A DNA stretch of 64,000 nucleotides from Leptolyngbyaceae cyanobacterium (GTDB lineage Bacteria; Cyanobacteriota; Cyanobacteriia; Phormidesmidales; Phormidesmidaceae), in NCBI GenBank assembly GCA_965263355.1, contig CBDHHL010000032.1, positions 2,784,001 to 2,848,000 of the forward strand, given 5' to 3'. The position numbers were made by a program, and so were the translations under genes. The notes under the pieces are model-generated. The model was given only the letters and a program-made list of their open reading frames with translations. It was not told where the DNA came from and ran no database searches. This document shows positions 19,256 through 29,566 of this stretch, one piece after another (position 1 is the first letter of the stretch; each line of letters begins with the position of its first letter).

Positions 19256-20689
19256 ATGCCCCAATCAATTTTCAGTGAGTTCCCCATGGCTATGTTTTCT
19301 GGTTTTCCCTATTTAGCTCGCTTAGGTGTGAGTACCCTGACAGCCAGCACGCTGACTGTGACCAGTTGGCTCTCAATCGCCGCTATCGATATTTGTGGAT
19401 CGATGGCTCTGGCAAATTCTGGCATCCTGATCAGCCGTGATCATGAGCGATTTGGTCGGGATGGTCGCGACGGTCGGGATGGAGGCATTGGTCGAGATGG
19501 TCAAGATGGCGCTAACCAAACCATTCAGGCAACGGGGCAATCTATCCAGCTGAACCTGTCCGGTACCGATGGCGAAGATGGTGACTCCGGTGAAGATGCG
19601 GAATGGTTTCGCTGTCGCCGCCAGCCCTACGATGTTCGTCATGATTTAGACGCAGCAGATGGGGGTGATGGGGGTGACGGGGGAAATGGCGGTGACGGGG
19701 GGAATGGGGGTACCTTGACGATTCATTACACCAATCCCAGTGATCTGCGACAAATTTTAGTCTCTGCTACAGGCGGTCAGGGGGGGCGTGGAGGGCGTGG
19801 GGGTAAAGGAGTCGATGGCTGTGAATGCGATGATCGCCGTTGGACAGTCGAGGTCTGCAGAGATGGTACCTGTCGTCTGGAAGAATACGAATGTGACGAT
19901 GGGGACGATGGGGACGATGGCAGTAATGGTCGCAATGGCACACCAGGCAGCCTTGGCAAATTAGTGCTAATTAATCAACTGGAACCCTTGCCATCAGAAG
20001 CTCCTAGCCAGTCACGTTCAGTCGCCAGTTTGGCGGATGAAACCATTATGCTGTCACGGAACCTGTGGGAGACCCGCAGTGGTGCAACGGGGTTACTCGC
20101 CCCTGGGTCCACCATTGATAATAGCTATCAAGCCTACACTGGACATATTGAAAGGCAATTTACCCTTGATTGGCAGGCTCCCCAAGCGGCCCAGGAATTC
20201 ACGGACTTAATTGCCTTAGAACTGCAGCCCAATCGTCAAATTAGTATCAATTTCCCTGAAACCTATTGGTTATTAGGAGAAACGGTAGAACAAGATGCCC
20301 TGACCACCTATCGAGTAGATGGCATTGTGCCAGTAGCGGAAGTGACTCAGCTGGCGGTGGGGCGTGTGGATGGTCGCAGTCGTACGTTTGAAGTAAATGT
20401 GGTCGATCTGGCGCAGCGCTCAGATGTGATTGATACTCGATTTGAAGTACGCTACAGCACATCCAGTGATGATGGCCGCCGTCGTCGCTATGATTTGGAA
20501 TATGAGGGACCTATTCCAACTGATTTAATTCAACAAGATCATGATCGGTTTACGTTATCTCTCGGACGGTTACCAATTCGCTCACAGTTGCTCAGCGGGG
20601 GTACTCAGGCCCAAGTTGAGCTGAAAATTATCCGTTCCTATGGCCATAATTCAGCGGAACAAACATTAACCTGGCAAGGAGAAATCTAA
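19256..20689 (+). CDS. Exported collagen-like (Gly-X-Y) protein
   Basis: Hydrophobic N-terminal signal region; GRDGRDGRDGGIGRDGQDG, GGDGGDGGNGGDGG and GDDGDDGSNGRNG tracts; Cys-containing insert. Confidence 0.75.
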   Translation: MPQSIFSEFPMAMFSGFPYLARLGVSTLTASTLTVTSWLSIAAIDICGSMALANSGILISRDHERFGRDGRDGRDGGIGRDGQDGANQTIQATGQSIQLNLSGTDGEDGDSGEDAEWFRCRRQPYDVRHDLDAADGGDGGDGGNGGDGGNGGTLTIHYTNPSDLRQILVSATGGQGGRGGRGGKGVDGCECDDRRWTVEVCRDGTCRLEEYECDDGDDGDDGSNGRNGTPGSLGKLVLINQLEPLPSEAPSQSRSVASLADETIMLSRNLWETRSGATGLLAPGSTIDNSYQAYTGHIERQFTLDWQAPQAAQEFTDLIALELQPNRQISINFPETYWLLGETVEQDALTTYRVDGIVPVAEVTQLAVGRVDGRSRTFEVNVVDLAQRSDVIDTRFEVRYSTSSDDGRRRRYDLEYEGPIPTDLIQQDHDRFTLSLGRLPIRSQLLSGGTQAQVELKIIRSYGHNSAEQTLTWQGEI

Positions 20690-20900
20690 ATAACCGGGAT
20701 AGCTCAATCTCTTGGAATAGTAGATTCAGAACCATAGGAAAGCGATGCAGAAGGAAGCTACTGCATCGCTGAAAAATTTAACAAAGAGAAAACACAAATT
20801 TGTCCCTATATTCTCCTTACTAAAGTTCAGTTCAGTTAGTTCAATGGAAGCAACAAGATTTACCTCCATTAAACTGAACCATTGATAGAGAACAGAAAAC

Positions 20901-23900
20901 CTACCCAGCTACCTGGAAGTAAACATCCACCATGTCAATGGTGCTACCATGGCGCTTCGCAGTACTATGCTCACCGTGGACGTTGCCCTGAGCGTCAGCA
21001 CTAAATACGTTGGTGTAGTCAGTGCTCAGGTCAGTGATACCAGCGGATGTGAGGCTAGTTAGCTCACCTTCGTCAGTGAAGCCGTTCTCGTTAGAGTCTT
21101 GCCATAGACGAATCTCAGTAAACATGTCATCGGCTTCGTTGACCAGACCATCGCCATTGGAGTCAAAGGACTCAAGCTTAGCGAAACCAGCCCCGACAGT
21201 AGCACCACCGAACAGTTCAGCGCGGGAGGAGATGAGCCCATCACCATTGTTGTCAATGGCGAGGAATGCATCTTCACCGGAGAGCCATCCAGTATTGATA
21301 GCTGTGCCAGTGTTGCGCATGTCAAACATAACGCCTTCATCAATACTCAGGGTTTGAATGCCATCCCCATTAAGGTCGAAAGCTATGGGAGTTAGAGCGG
21401 TACCAATGGTGTTATTAATTTCACCTGCGTTTAGATTGAAAACACCGGTGCGCTGAGCAACTTTGGTACTAGTGCCCGAAATGATATCGGAATCTCTAGC
21501 ATCATCAGTGCCAGCATTGAACACGCTGGTAAAGGACCACCCTCTTTGTCCCGCAACTCCTGAAAATTGAGCGGTTCCATCTAATCGAGCCTTAGTGGTC
21601 AGATTAGTGGAGGCATCAAATTCAACATAGTAGGAGCCAGCCTTAACATTATCAAAGTTATAGAATCCAGATGTCCCAGTCAGAGTAGAATCCATTAGCT
21701 CACCACTTTGGGTGAAGAGGTTAACTAAGACATTAGAGAACCCCCCGGCTTCATAGTTGAGGTCGGCAGTATTTTGGATGCCATCATTACGATGACGGTC
21801 ATGCCACACTTGACCACCGACAGTCCCTAGCTTTTCAACAATTCCAGCGTCAATGGTAGAGTTGTGCTCACCAGGCTGTAGTGTAACAATCTGGCTCATA
21901 CCATTAGTAAGATTGGCATCAGAGTCAAGGGCATCGTTACCAATATTCTGTTGAGTAAACTCAAATGTAGATTCGGTCTCTACATCAAATTCAATACCGA
22001 ACTGATAATCCCGCTTGAGATGGGTCAACGTCCTGTAACCGGCTCTAGGAGAAGAGCCAATTTCAACTCCGCCAGCATGGTGCGCGTGCCATCCACCGGA
22101 GTACCAAATCTCATCGCCGCCATAGGTGAATCTAATGGCAGAATGCTGACTACCGGAGCCATCAGCATTGGCATCGATAAAGCCAATGGCCAATTTTTGA
22201 CCCGCCTCAAGGGTGACAGAAGGTGTACGACCATCAGCAAAGGCGAAGCTGTTCTGGCCTAACTGGTAGTTGGTCCGAGTAGTCCCTACTTCAAGGACAG
22301 TAAAGTCATTGTCGCCATTGACCAGAGCCACAAAGGGAGTGACAGGAGCCCCTGTTTTGCCAGCATTGAAATTGAAAGAGCTGAGGTCAATGGTCTGAGT
22401 TAAACCGGACTGGTTGGTATAGATATCGGCTTCGTTGACCACCATGTTGGACCGCCATCCATCAGTAACCCCACCACCTTTGAGTTCATTGCCCACTTGC
22501 CTCTGAGTGGGATGTTCATGGGAGTCACAGGTAACTAGTTGAACGTCATCAAGGAACGCCCCTAGACCATCAGAACGTCCAGCACCCCGAAATTCTAATC
22601 CAGTGGTAGCTTGATCACTACCTTCTACTTCGTAAGTGTAGGTTTTCCAACGGCTTTCGCGATGGCCAATGCCACTCTCTGAAATAGTATCAATGAGTTC
22701 ACCATTCCAGTACACTTCAATGGTGTTAGACCCAGCGCTTACCCCAGGACGACCCGCATAGGCAAAGGACAATTCGTAGGTTTGGCCAGTTTGAGTATCA
22801 ATCTCCTGACGGATGCCTGTATTTTCATAGCCATCCATTTCAACCCAAGATTGTCCTTCATCACCAGCACCAAAGTACTGATAAAGTTCTTGAACTTCGA
22901 TTCCTCGTCCCTGGGTAACTTGCCAGCCATCGAGACCAGACTCCACACGCCAGCGGTTCTGAGCTGTGTTATTTCGTTCGAAGCTACCATTCTGCACCAG
23001 GTTAGTAATTCCTTTGGCTTGAGGTAGACCGAAAGTGACTTTATATTCTTCGCCAGGATTAAGCTCATCGAAGCGGTAGTTGCCATTGGCATCGGTGATA
23101 GTTTCAGTAGTGGTGTCATCGTTACCAGTACCGATCACACCATCTGCACCACCGCCAGTTAGGGTAACCTTGACGCCTTCGACGCCCTGCTCACCAGTAT
23201 CTTGAATACCATCACCGTCAGTGTCATACCAGACACGATCGCCCAGGCTAGCGATCGCAGACTTAAAGAAGCCAGCATCCAACCGATCGTCAAAGTCCCC
23301 AGGCGCTAGGGTAATCACATTAGACATCAAACCAGCCCCTGCATCAGAATCGAAAGAGCTATCGAAACCGGCCTGAAAGGGGCTCACACCGTCAAACCCA
23401 TCGGGCTGAGTAAACATCACCCGGTAGTCGCCTTGAGTCAACCCAGTGAACTCATAGAAGCCATTTCCATCAGTGGTTGTGGTGTCCAACACATCATCAA
23501 CTTGACCATCGTTGTCAGTGTCGGCCAGCAGTTTCACCTCGACACCGGCAATTCCTTGCTCACCTGCATCTTGAATACCGTCAGCGTTGGTATCTTCAAA
23601 GACAAAGTTACCCAACCCAGCGGGTCTTACAATGCCTGCATCGAGAGTATCGTTGAAGTCGCCATCCTGGATAAAGACAGTTTGCGTGATCCCGTTTCGA
23701 CCCGCGTCAGAATCCAGCGCATCATCGCCACCTGCATTGGCTGTTGTAAAGACAAACCCCTCAGGGGCAACAAACATCACCTGATACTCACCGGGAGTGA
23801 GGTTAAAGAATGCGTAAGCACCCTGATTATCAGTGGTGGTTGTGATGGGGTTACCGTCATTATCAAGGGCAGCAGACCCATCAGGATTTAGCAATTTAAC

Positions 23901-25376
23901 AACAACGCCTTCTACACCTGCTTCATCAGCATCTTGAATACCATTGGCGTTATCGTCAAAGAAGACAAAATCACCTAAACCAGGGGTTCTTTGGTAGAAA
24001 CCAGCATCCAGCCGCTCGTCAAAGTCTCCTGGCGCTAAGGTGACCACATTAGACACTAGATTGTTGTCAGGATTTGCATCCGAATCTAGAGAGTTATCAA
24101 AGCCTGCCTGGAAGGGACTGACACTGTCAAACCCATCGGGCTGAGTAAACATCACTCGATAGTCACCTTGGGTTAAGCCAGTGAACTCATAGAAACCATC
24201 GGCATCTGTGGTGGTGGTCTTAACGACATCATCAACTTGACCGTCATTATCAGTGTCGGCCAGAAGCTTTACTTCAACACCTGCAATTCCCTGTTCGCCA
24301 GCATCTTGTTCTCCATTGGCATTGGTATCTTCAAAGACAAAGTTACCCAAGCCAGCCGATCTCACCAAACCTGCATCCAGGGTGCCATTAAATACATCAT
24401 CAGCTGCCATGACGATGGTTTGAGTCATCCCATTAAAAGGGTTAGCATCGGAATCTAGGGTGTCATCATTACCCACATTGGCATTGGTGAAGGTAAATCC
24501 TGCCGGTGGGATGAACATGACCTTATATTCACCAGCGGGCACTGTGAAGGAGTAAGCTCCGTTACCATCAGTGGTAGTAGTAATGGGGTTACCATTGCCA
24601 TCAACCACAGCAGAGCCGTCAGCATTCAACAATTTAACAACGACATCGCCTGCACCAAACTCATCGGCATCTTGCACACCGTTAGCATTGCTATCGTAGA
24701 AGACATAGTCACCCAAGCCTTTAAGATCCACAGCCGCAAACTGGATCTGGGCATCGGGGGCACCGTCACCATCGTTGTCAGGAACAATGATTACACCAAC
24801 TTTCTGACCATAGGTGGGGACAAAGCCTTCACCATTGGCACGGGCAGCCGCGACAATCTCATCTACCCGTTCTTGTTCCCAATATTGTCCTTCTTCACCA
24901 ACGCCACCAGCGGTCGAGTTTTCATCATCAATCAATGTCCAAATGGCTCTTTGGATATCGGCCCAAGTATAGTTACCACCACTGGGAGACGTTTGAAAGG
25001 TAAAATCTTGATTGATAATCCAGTTAAGTAAATCCAGGTTTTCTGGCTTTTCAATCAGACCTTGACCAACTAATTCATCCGGTAGGGGATCGTAGCTAGA
25101 ATAAACCTTGGCAGTGTAGCTGCCCCCTACTTCGTTGGTATTGGCATCAATTTGGCCGTTGAAGTTTTCATCTACACCAAAATCAATGGCTCGATCTGAG
25201 TCGATGCAAAAGCCATCAAAGGTACCATTTAACACGCCACCATCTTCGATCACCAGATCAACATAGCTAGTATCATTCGGATCATTCGGATCGCTGTAGT
25301 GATTATGAATACGATTAACAGCTTTCAATGTTAACTGTTGTGGCAAAGCCGCACTTAGAGATTTGATAGGATCCAT
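20901..25376 (-). CDS. Large surface adhesin: thioester-domain-like N-terminus, SdrD B-like repeats, DUF642-like carbohydrate-binding domain, C-terminal FrpC self-processing-module-like Ca-binding domain
   Basis: Repeats LG(D/N)xVFxDxNANGxQDAxE.G..GV.VKLL...TTTDxxGxYxF...DSDA...LDAG; NLVQNGSFE domain; N-terminal GFCID / IQRAIW; C-terminal TPIAFDLNGDG...TGW...DAFLAID.NGDG.I...ELFG. Confidence 0.85.
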   Translation of the reverse strand: MDPIKSLSAALPQQLTLKAVNRIHNHYSDPNDPNDTSYVDLVIEDGGVLNGTFDGFCIDSDRAIDFGVDENFNGQIDANTNEVGGSYTAKVYSSYDPLPDELVGQGLIEKPENLDLLNWIINQDFTFQTSPSGGNYTWADIQRAIWTLIDDENSTAGGVGEEGQYWEQERVDEIVAAARANGEGFVPTYGQKVGVIIVPDNDGDGAPDAQIQFAAVDLKGLGDYVFYDSNANGVQDADEFGAGDVVVKLLNADGSAVVDGNGNPITTTTDGNGAYSFTVPAGEYKVMFIPPAGFTFTNANVGNDDTLDSDANPFNGMTQTIVMAADDVFNGTLDAGLVRSAGLGNFVFEDTNANGEQDAGEQGIAGVEVKLLADTDNDGQVDDVVKTTTTDADGFYEFTGLTQGDYRVMFTQPDGFDSVSPFQAGFDNSLDSDANPDNNLVSNVVTLAPGDFDERLDAGFYQRTPGLGDFVFFDDNANGIQDADEAGVEGVVVKLLNPDGSAALDNDGNPITTTTDNQGAYAFFNLTPGEYQVMFVAPEGFVFTTANAGGDDALDSDAGRNGITQTVFIQDGDFNDTLDAGIVRPAGLGNFVFEDTNADGIQDAGEQGIAGVEVKLLADTDNDGQVDDVLDTTTTDGNGFYEFTGLTQGDYRVMFTQPDGFDGVSPFQAGFDSSFDSDAGAGLMSNVITLAPGDFDDRLDAGFFKSAIASLGDRVWYDTDGDGIQDTGEQGVEGVKVTLTGGGADGVIGTGNDDTTTETITDANGNYRFDELNPGEEYKVTFGLPQAKGITNLVQNGSFERNNTAQNRWRVESGLDGWQVTQGRGIEVQELYQYFGAGDEGQSWVEMDGYENTGIRQEIDTQTGQTYELSFAYAGRPGVSAGSNTIEVYWNGELIDTISESGIGHRESRWKTYTYEVEGSDQATTGLEFRGAGRSDGLGAFLDDVQLVTCDSHEHPTQRQVGNELKGGGVTDGWRSNMVVNEADIYTNQSGLTQTIDLSSFNFNAGKTGAPVTPFVALVNGDNDFTVLEVGTTRTNYQLGQNSFAFADGRTPSVTLEAGQKLAIGFIDANADGSGSQHSAIRFTYGGDEIWYSGGWHAHHAGGVEIGSSPRAGYRTLTHLKRDYQFGIEFDVETESTFEFTQQNIGNDALDSDANLTNGMSQIVTLQPGEHNSTIDAGIVEKLGTVGGQVWHDRHRNDGIQNTADLNYEAGGFSNVLVNLFTQSGELMDSTLTGTSGFYNFDNVKAGSYYVEFDASTNLTTKARLDGTAQFSGVAGQRGWSFTSVFNAGTDDARDSDIISGTSTKVAQRTGVFNLNAGEINNTIGTALTPIAFDLNGDGIQTLSIDEGVMFDMRNTGTAINTGWLSGEDAFLAIDNNGDGLISSRAELFGGATVGAGFAKLESFDSNGDGLVNEADDMFTEIRLWQDSNENGFTDEGELTSLTSAGITDLSTDYTNVFSADAQGNVHGEHSTAKRHGSTIDMVDVYFQVAG

Positions 25377-26298
25377 CGAAAATTGTGTTCCTTAGTGTGT
25401 TGAATCTAGTAAAAAGTGGTGAGCGGCATAACATTTTGGCAGGCAGTATCAACAACTGACTAATCAGTCAAAGGTGGATGCTCTGATTACAATGAATTCG
25501 ATGCAACCTACAAGGAGATGTGCCCAAGGAAATCAAACAGGCTGTAAGGGCTGAAGCCTAGTTGATTGCTTATAGTCTCTAGGCTCACTTAGAAACTGTT
25601 TTGGGAAATGACTACTGGTTATTCAGCAAGAAACAAGAACTGTACATTTGATATTGGAGTCCTGTACATGAGGAGCCTAAATTCAAGGAATAAATTGTTG
25701 ACATCCACTTCTTGCTTTTGTTGATACGCACTCAAAGTTACGTAGATATACCGCATTCACATTCTCAATATAGCTGTTGTGCGGATTCAAAACCATAAAT
25801 GAATTACAAAGTATAAGTGGTTCTTCTGTAAAACTAACAACTTAACTTGTTTTAGTCTGGTTAATTAGACGATCTATGCAATGGATGCTTTTCATACAAG
25901 GTTAAATCGTTGCTAAATAAGGCTTTTCACTGGCTCGGCAAGTTGTCAATTCAAATTAAAAAAAGATATTTAATGTTGTTGTATAAAAGTTGTCTTAGTA
26001 TTCTTAAGCAAAGTACCTGATAGGTTTAAGTATTTTTTGGGAGGACCCTACTGAAAACTTTCAATGTGTTGCTTCAGAGTGCGTAAAAAAACTAAGCTTA
26101 TTTGCGGAACATCCTAGATATTAAGAGCCAAGGGACTCACAGCTAAAGCAAGGGCCACCGATGAGCCTTTTCCCTTCTAATCCGAGGATCTGGTGTTTGG
26201 GCAGAACTCCCAATGCTTTGCTAAAGGATCCTTAAGAAGTATCCGACAGCAGTCTATTCTAAAAAGTCAAGGTTACCGAATACCATACCTTGAGGATA

Positions 26299-27534
26299 TC
26301 AGGCTTTCATGCCTTGCCCTGCTAGCCACCCCGTTGTCCAGGCACTCTGAAAGTTAAACCCTCCTGTAATGCCATCAATGTCAAGGATTTCCCCAGCAAA
26401 AAATACTCCCTTACATAAACGGCTCTCCATGGTTTTGAAGTTGATGTCTTTGAGGTGGACACCTCCACAGGTAACGAACTCATCTTTAAAGACACCTTTA
26501 CCTTGTAGTAAATAGTCTCCCTGACAGAGTTGTTGTGTAAGTTTATTGATGGATTTATTAGAAATTGTTGTCCATTGCGTTTGGGGTGCGATGTGAGATT
26601 GTTGTATAAAGTAAGTCCAGAGCCGTTTTGGAATGGGGGTAGGATTGTGATTTGAGATCGCTCGCTTACCGCCCTCCTCCCTTGCGCGTTGCAACATGGC
26701 CCTAACATCATCCTGACTCAGCTGCGGCAACCAATTAATAATTAACTGTCCTTGATACCCCTGTTCATAAAGACTACGAGCCCCCCAAGCTGAAAGCTTC
26801 AAAACGGCAGGACCGCTCAGCCCCCAGTGGGTTATTAAGACCGGTCCAGTTTGAGTGAGCGGTTTCTTTTGCCCTGACAGTTTGAGTTTTATCTCCACTG
26901 GATTCATGGACAGACCGCTACGTTGTCTCAAGGCCGCATCTTTAATAGTGAAGGTAAACAGGGAAGGCACCGGGGGCTCAATCCGATGGCCCAGGCTTTT
27001 GGCAATCCGGTGGCCTTGGGGGCTACTACCGGTAGCGAGGAGAATGCGATCGCACCCCACATCTCCATCTTTTAAACCAATGATGAACTCTGAGTCGGTT
27101 TTGCTCACATGCCTAACAGGAGACCGTGTTTTGATCGTCACCCCTGCTTTCACTGCAGTTTTCATCAGACAGTCCACAATGGTGGCAGAGTCATCGGTGA
27201 CGGGAAACATGCGTCCATCGGCTTCAACCTTAAGTTTGACACCGCGCTGCTGATACCAGGTAATCGTATCCTGGGGCTGAAATCGGGAAAACGCGCCCCG
27301 CAGTGCCTTGCCTCCACGGGGATAGTGTTGCACTAGCTGGGCCGGATCAAAACAATGGTGGGTGACATTGCAACGACCACCGCCGGAGATACGAACTTTG
27401 GCCAGACATTCGGGACCGGCTTCGTAGAGGGTTACAGTGGTTTGGGGGGTGGCAGCCGCGATCGCACCAAAAAAACCTGCTGCACCGCCGCCGATGACGA
27501 CTATTCGCCGATGGGTGGGGGAGTGAACGATCAA
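26299..27534 (-). CDS. HI0933/BaiN family NAD(P)/FAD-dependent oxidoreductase
   Basis: GGGAAG, KVRISGGGRCNVT, GRMFP, LITHWGLSGP, VTCGGV, GEILDIDGITGGFNFQSAW. Confidence 0.93.
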   Translation of the reverse strand: MIVHSPTHRRIVVIGGGAAGFFGAIAAATPQTTVTLYEAGPECLAKVRISGGGRCNVTHHCFDPAQLVQHYPRGGKALRGAFSRFQPQDTITWYQQRGVKLKVEADGRMFPVTDDSATIVDCLMKTAVKAGVTIKTRSPVRHVSKTDSEFIIGLKDGDVGCDRILLATGSSPQGHRIAKSLGHRIEPPVPSLFTFTIKDAALRQRSGLSMNPVEIKLKLSGQKKPLTQTGPVLITHWGLSGPAVLKLSAWGARSLYEQGYQGQLIINWLPQLSQDDVRAMLQRAREEGGKRAISNHNPTPIPKRLWTYFIQQSHIAPQTQWTTISNKSINKLTQQLCQGDYLLQGKGVFKDEFVTCGGVHLKDINFKTMESRLCKGVFFAGEILDIDGITGGFNFQSAWTTGWLAGQGMKA

Positions 27535-27993
27535 AATTGATTCCTTTGAACGATGGTATGGCCAGAATGGAGGTTACGGCCATAGTGGGCCATTTTCAGG
27601 TATTGTCAGTAGCTTAAAGGAGATGAGTGTTGCCTCTCTTAAGTTAATGAGGCTCGAATGACTGGAGGATAACCATCAAAATTATTCCAGCTCACAAGAA
27701 AATTAATATTTTGTACTTTTATTAGCTTATATTAATGAATGTGAAGGCATCTAAGGTTTCTTTAGTAGAAGTCATTGATGCTAAATAGTGATGATTGCCT
27801 CGGCTGTCTAGGACTTTGAAGGTTCTGGGCAGCCAATTTCTTTGCCCAGGTATCGTTACAAAGATTTCTAATTATTGAGAAAGGTTACAAGTCTAGGGTC
27901 TGCGTACCTTCCGACTGCGCTCAAAGAAAATCAGGTTTTGCTCCAGATGCATCAGTCTTTACTCAAACTAAACTGGTCTGCGCTGTTATCCTG

Positions 27994-28039
27994 TTGGCTG
28001 AGCAAAGCCGAATATTGGCTAAGCAAAGCCGAAGTCAAC
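27994..28039 (+). repeat. Short tandem ~21-bp repeat (REP/SDR-like) just upstream of yhcG
   Basis: ttggctgagcaaagccgaata followed by ttggctaagcaaagccgaagtcaac. Confidence 0.55.
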
Positions 28040-28049
28040 CTTCTGCCCT

Positions 28050-29111
28050 ATGGCCAATCCCCTGTCGCCCGATAATTATCGCCTGTTTTTGCAATCCCTA
28101 AAGGATCGCATTCGTTCGGCTCAAGTTAAGGCTGCTTTGGCCGTAAATCAGGAGCTAATCCTACTCTATTGGCAACTTGGCCGTGAAATTCTTGATCGTC
28201 AGCAGCAAGAGGGTTGGGGCTCCAAGGTCATTGATCGATTGGCCAAAGACCTCAAACGCGATTTTCCTGACATGACTGGCTTTTCAGCCCGCAATCTCAA
28301 GTATATGCGGGCCTTTGCCAATGCTTATCCCGATGCGCAGCAGGTGCAGCAGGTATTCTCGCAAATTCCCTGGGGACATAACGTACGCCTGCTAGATGCA
28401 CTTAAAGATCCGACAGAACGTCTATGGTATGCTCGCCAGACTATTGAGCACGGTTGGAGCCGAAATGTGATGCTCATGCAAATTGAGCAGGGTTTGCACA
28501 ACCAACAAAGTGCTGCAATCACCAATTTTGAGCGGACATTACCCCCCGATCAATCGGATCTAGCAAAAAATCTGATCAAAGATCCCTATAACTTTGATTT
28601 TCTAACCCTGGCAGCCGATGCCCAGGAGCGAGATCTGGAACAGTCTTTGTTATGCCACATTCGAGATTTTTTACTAGAGCTAGGGGTGGGCTTTGCTTTT
28701 GTGGGCAGCCAGTATCCCATTCAAGTGGGGAATAAGGAATATGCCATTGATTTACTGTTCTATCACCTGAAATTGCGCTGCTTTGTGGTGATTGACTTGA
28801 AATTGGGAGAATTTGAACCTGAATTTTCTGGCAAAATGAATTTCTTTGTCTCCGCCGTGGATGATCTGCTTCGTCATGCCGATGATCACCCCACCATTGG
28901 CATGATTTTGTGTAAGTCCAACGATGCAACAGTCGCAGAGTACTCCCTACGAGATGTCAATAAACCTATTGGTGTAGCCACTCATCGCCTGGGACGGGAA
29001 CTACCGGCGGATTTAAAGGGAACCTTGCCAACAGTTGAGGAATTAGAACAGCAGTTAGAAAACGCTCAGTTACCTGCAAAAACATCAGAGACCGCAGTTG
29101 AGCAACTGTAG
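28050..29111 (+). CDS. YhcG/DUF1016 family PD-(D/E)XK nuclease domain protein
   Basis: VNQELILLYWQLG, GFSARNLKYMRAF, KDPYNFDFL, FLLELGVGFAFVGSQ, IDLLFYHLKLRCFVVIDLK. Confidence 0.93.
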   Translation: MANPLSPDNYRLFLQSLKDRIRSAQVKAALAVNQELILLYWQLGREILDRQQQEGWGSKVIDRLAKDLKRDFPDMTGFSARNLKYMRAFANAYPDAQQVQQVFSQIPWGHNVRLLDALKDPTERLWYARQTIEHGWSRNVMLMQIEQGLHNQQSAAITNFERTLPPDQSDLAKNLIKDPYNFDFLTLAADAQERDLEQSLLCHIRDFLLELGVGFAFVGSQYPIQVGNKEYAIDLLFYHLKLRCFVVIDLKLGEFEPEFSGKMNFFVSAVDDLLRHADDHPTIGMILCKSNDATVAEYSLRDVNKPIGVATHRLGRELPADLKGTLPTVEELEQQLENAQLPAKTSETAVEQL

Positions 29112-29271
29112 TTTTCCAACAGGTATGAGCAATTTATAGCTGCTTTACAACCACTCCAAAAAGTTACTAATACACAGGGGTTGATAGTTAGGATGAATAC
29201 GGTTCAATGGTATCTGGGAATGGAGGATATCACCATAGATAAGATATGTCAGCATTATCCCTGCAAAAAAT

Positions 29272-29308
29272 AGTTCATTTGCACTAGAAAAAATAATTCA
29301 TTTGTACT
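29272..29308. promoter_or_regulatory. Tandem LexA-box-like sites
   Basis: agttcatttgcact (29272-29285) and aattcatttgtact (29295-29308) against the cyanobacterial LexA consensus RGTAC-N4-GTWC; both imperfect. Confidence 0.35.
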
Positions 29309-29566
29309 ATTATTTGATTAATAGTACTTCTTGCTTCTAATTCTGGAACAGGACTTTCTTTGTTAAAGACAAACCGTTGAGTTAACTGTGGATTATTCCA
29401 TTTAAAGTTAGCTCGAATTCAACCCATCAACTTGATAAATCGTAATTATCAAGCCATGGCAGCGTTGCCGACTATTGGGAATTCCTAGGCAAACATGGGT
29501 TTCCTGAAGAGTTTAGGTGAGTATGTATGAAGAAAGCGTAAGTCTCTAGTCCCAGAGGAAGTCTAG

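Noticed and set aside
23270..24720. Long near-identical DNA repeats as a mobile element
   Set aside because: They are in-frame SdrD B-like domain repeats of the adhesin.
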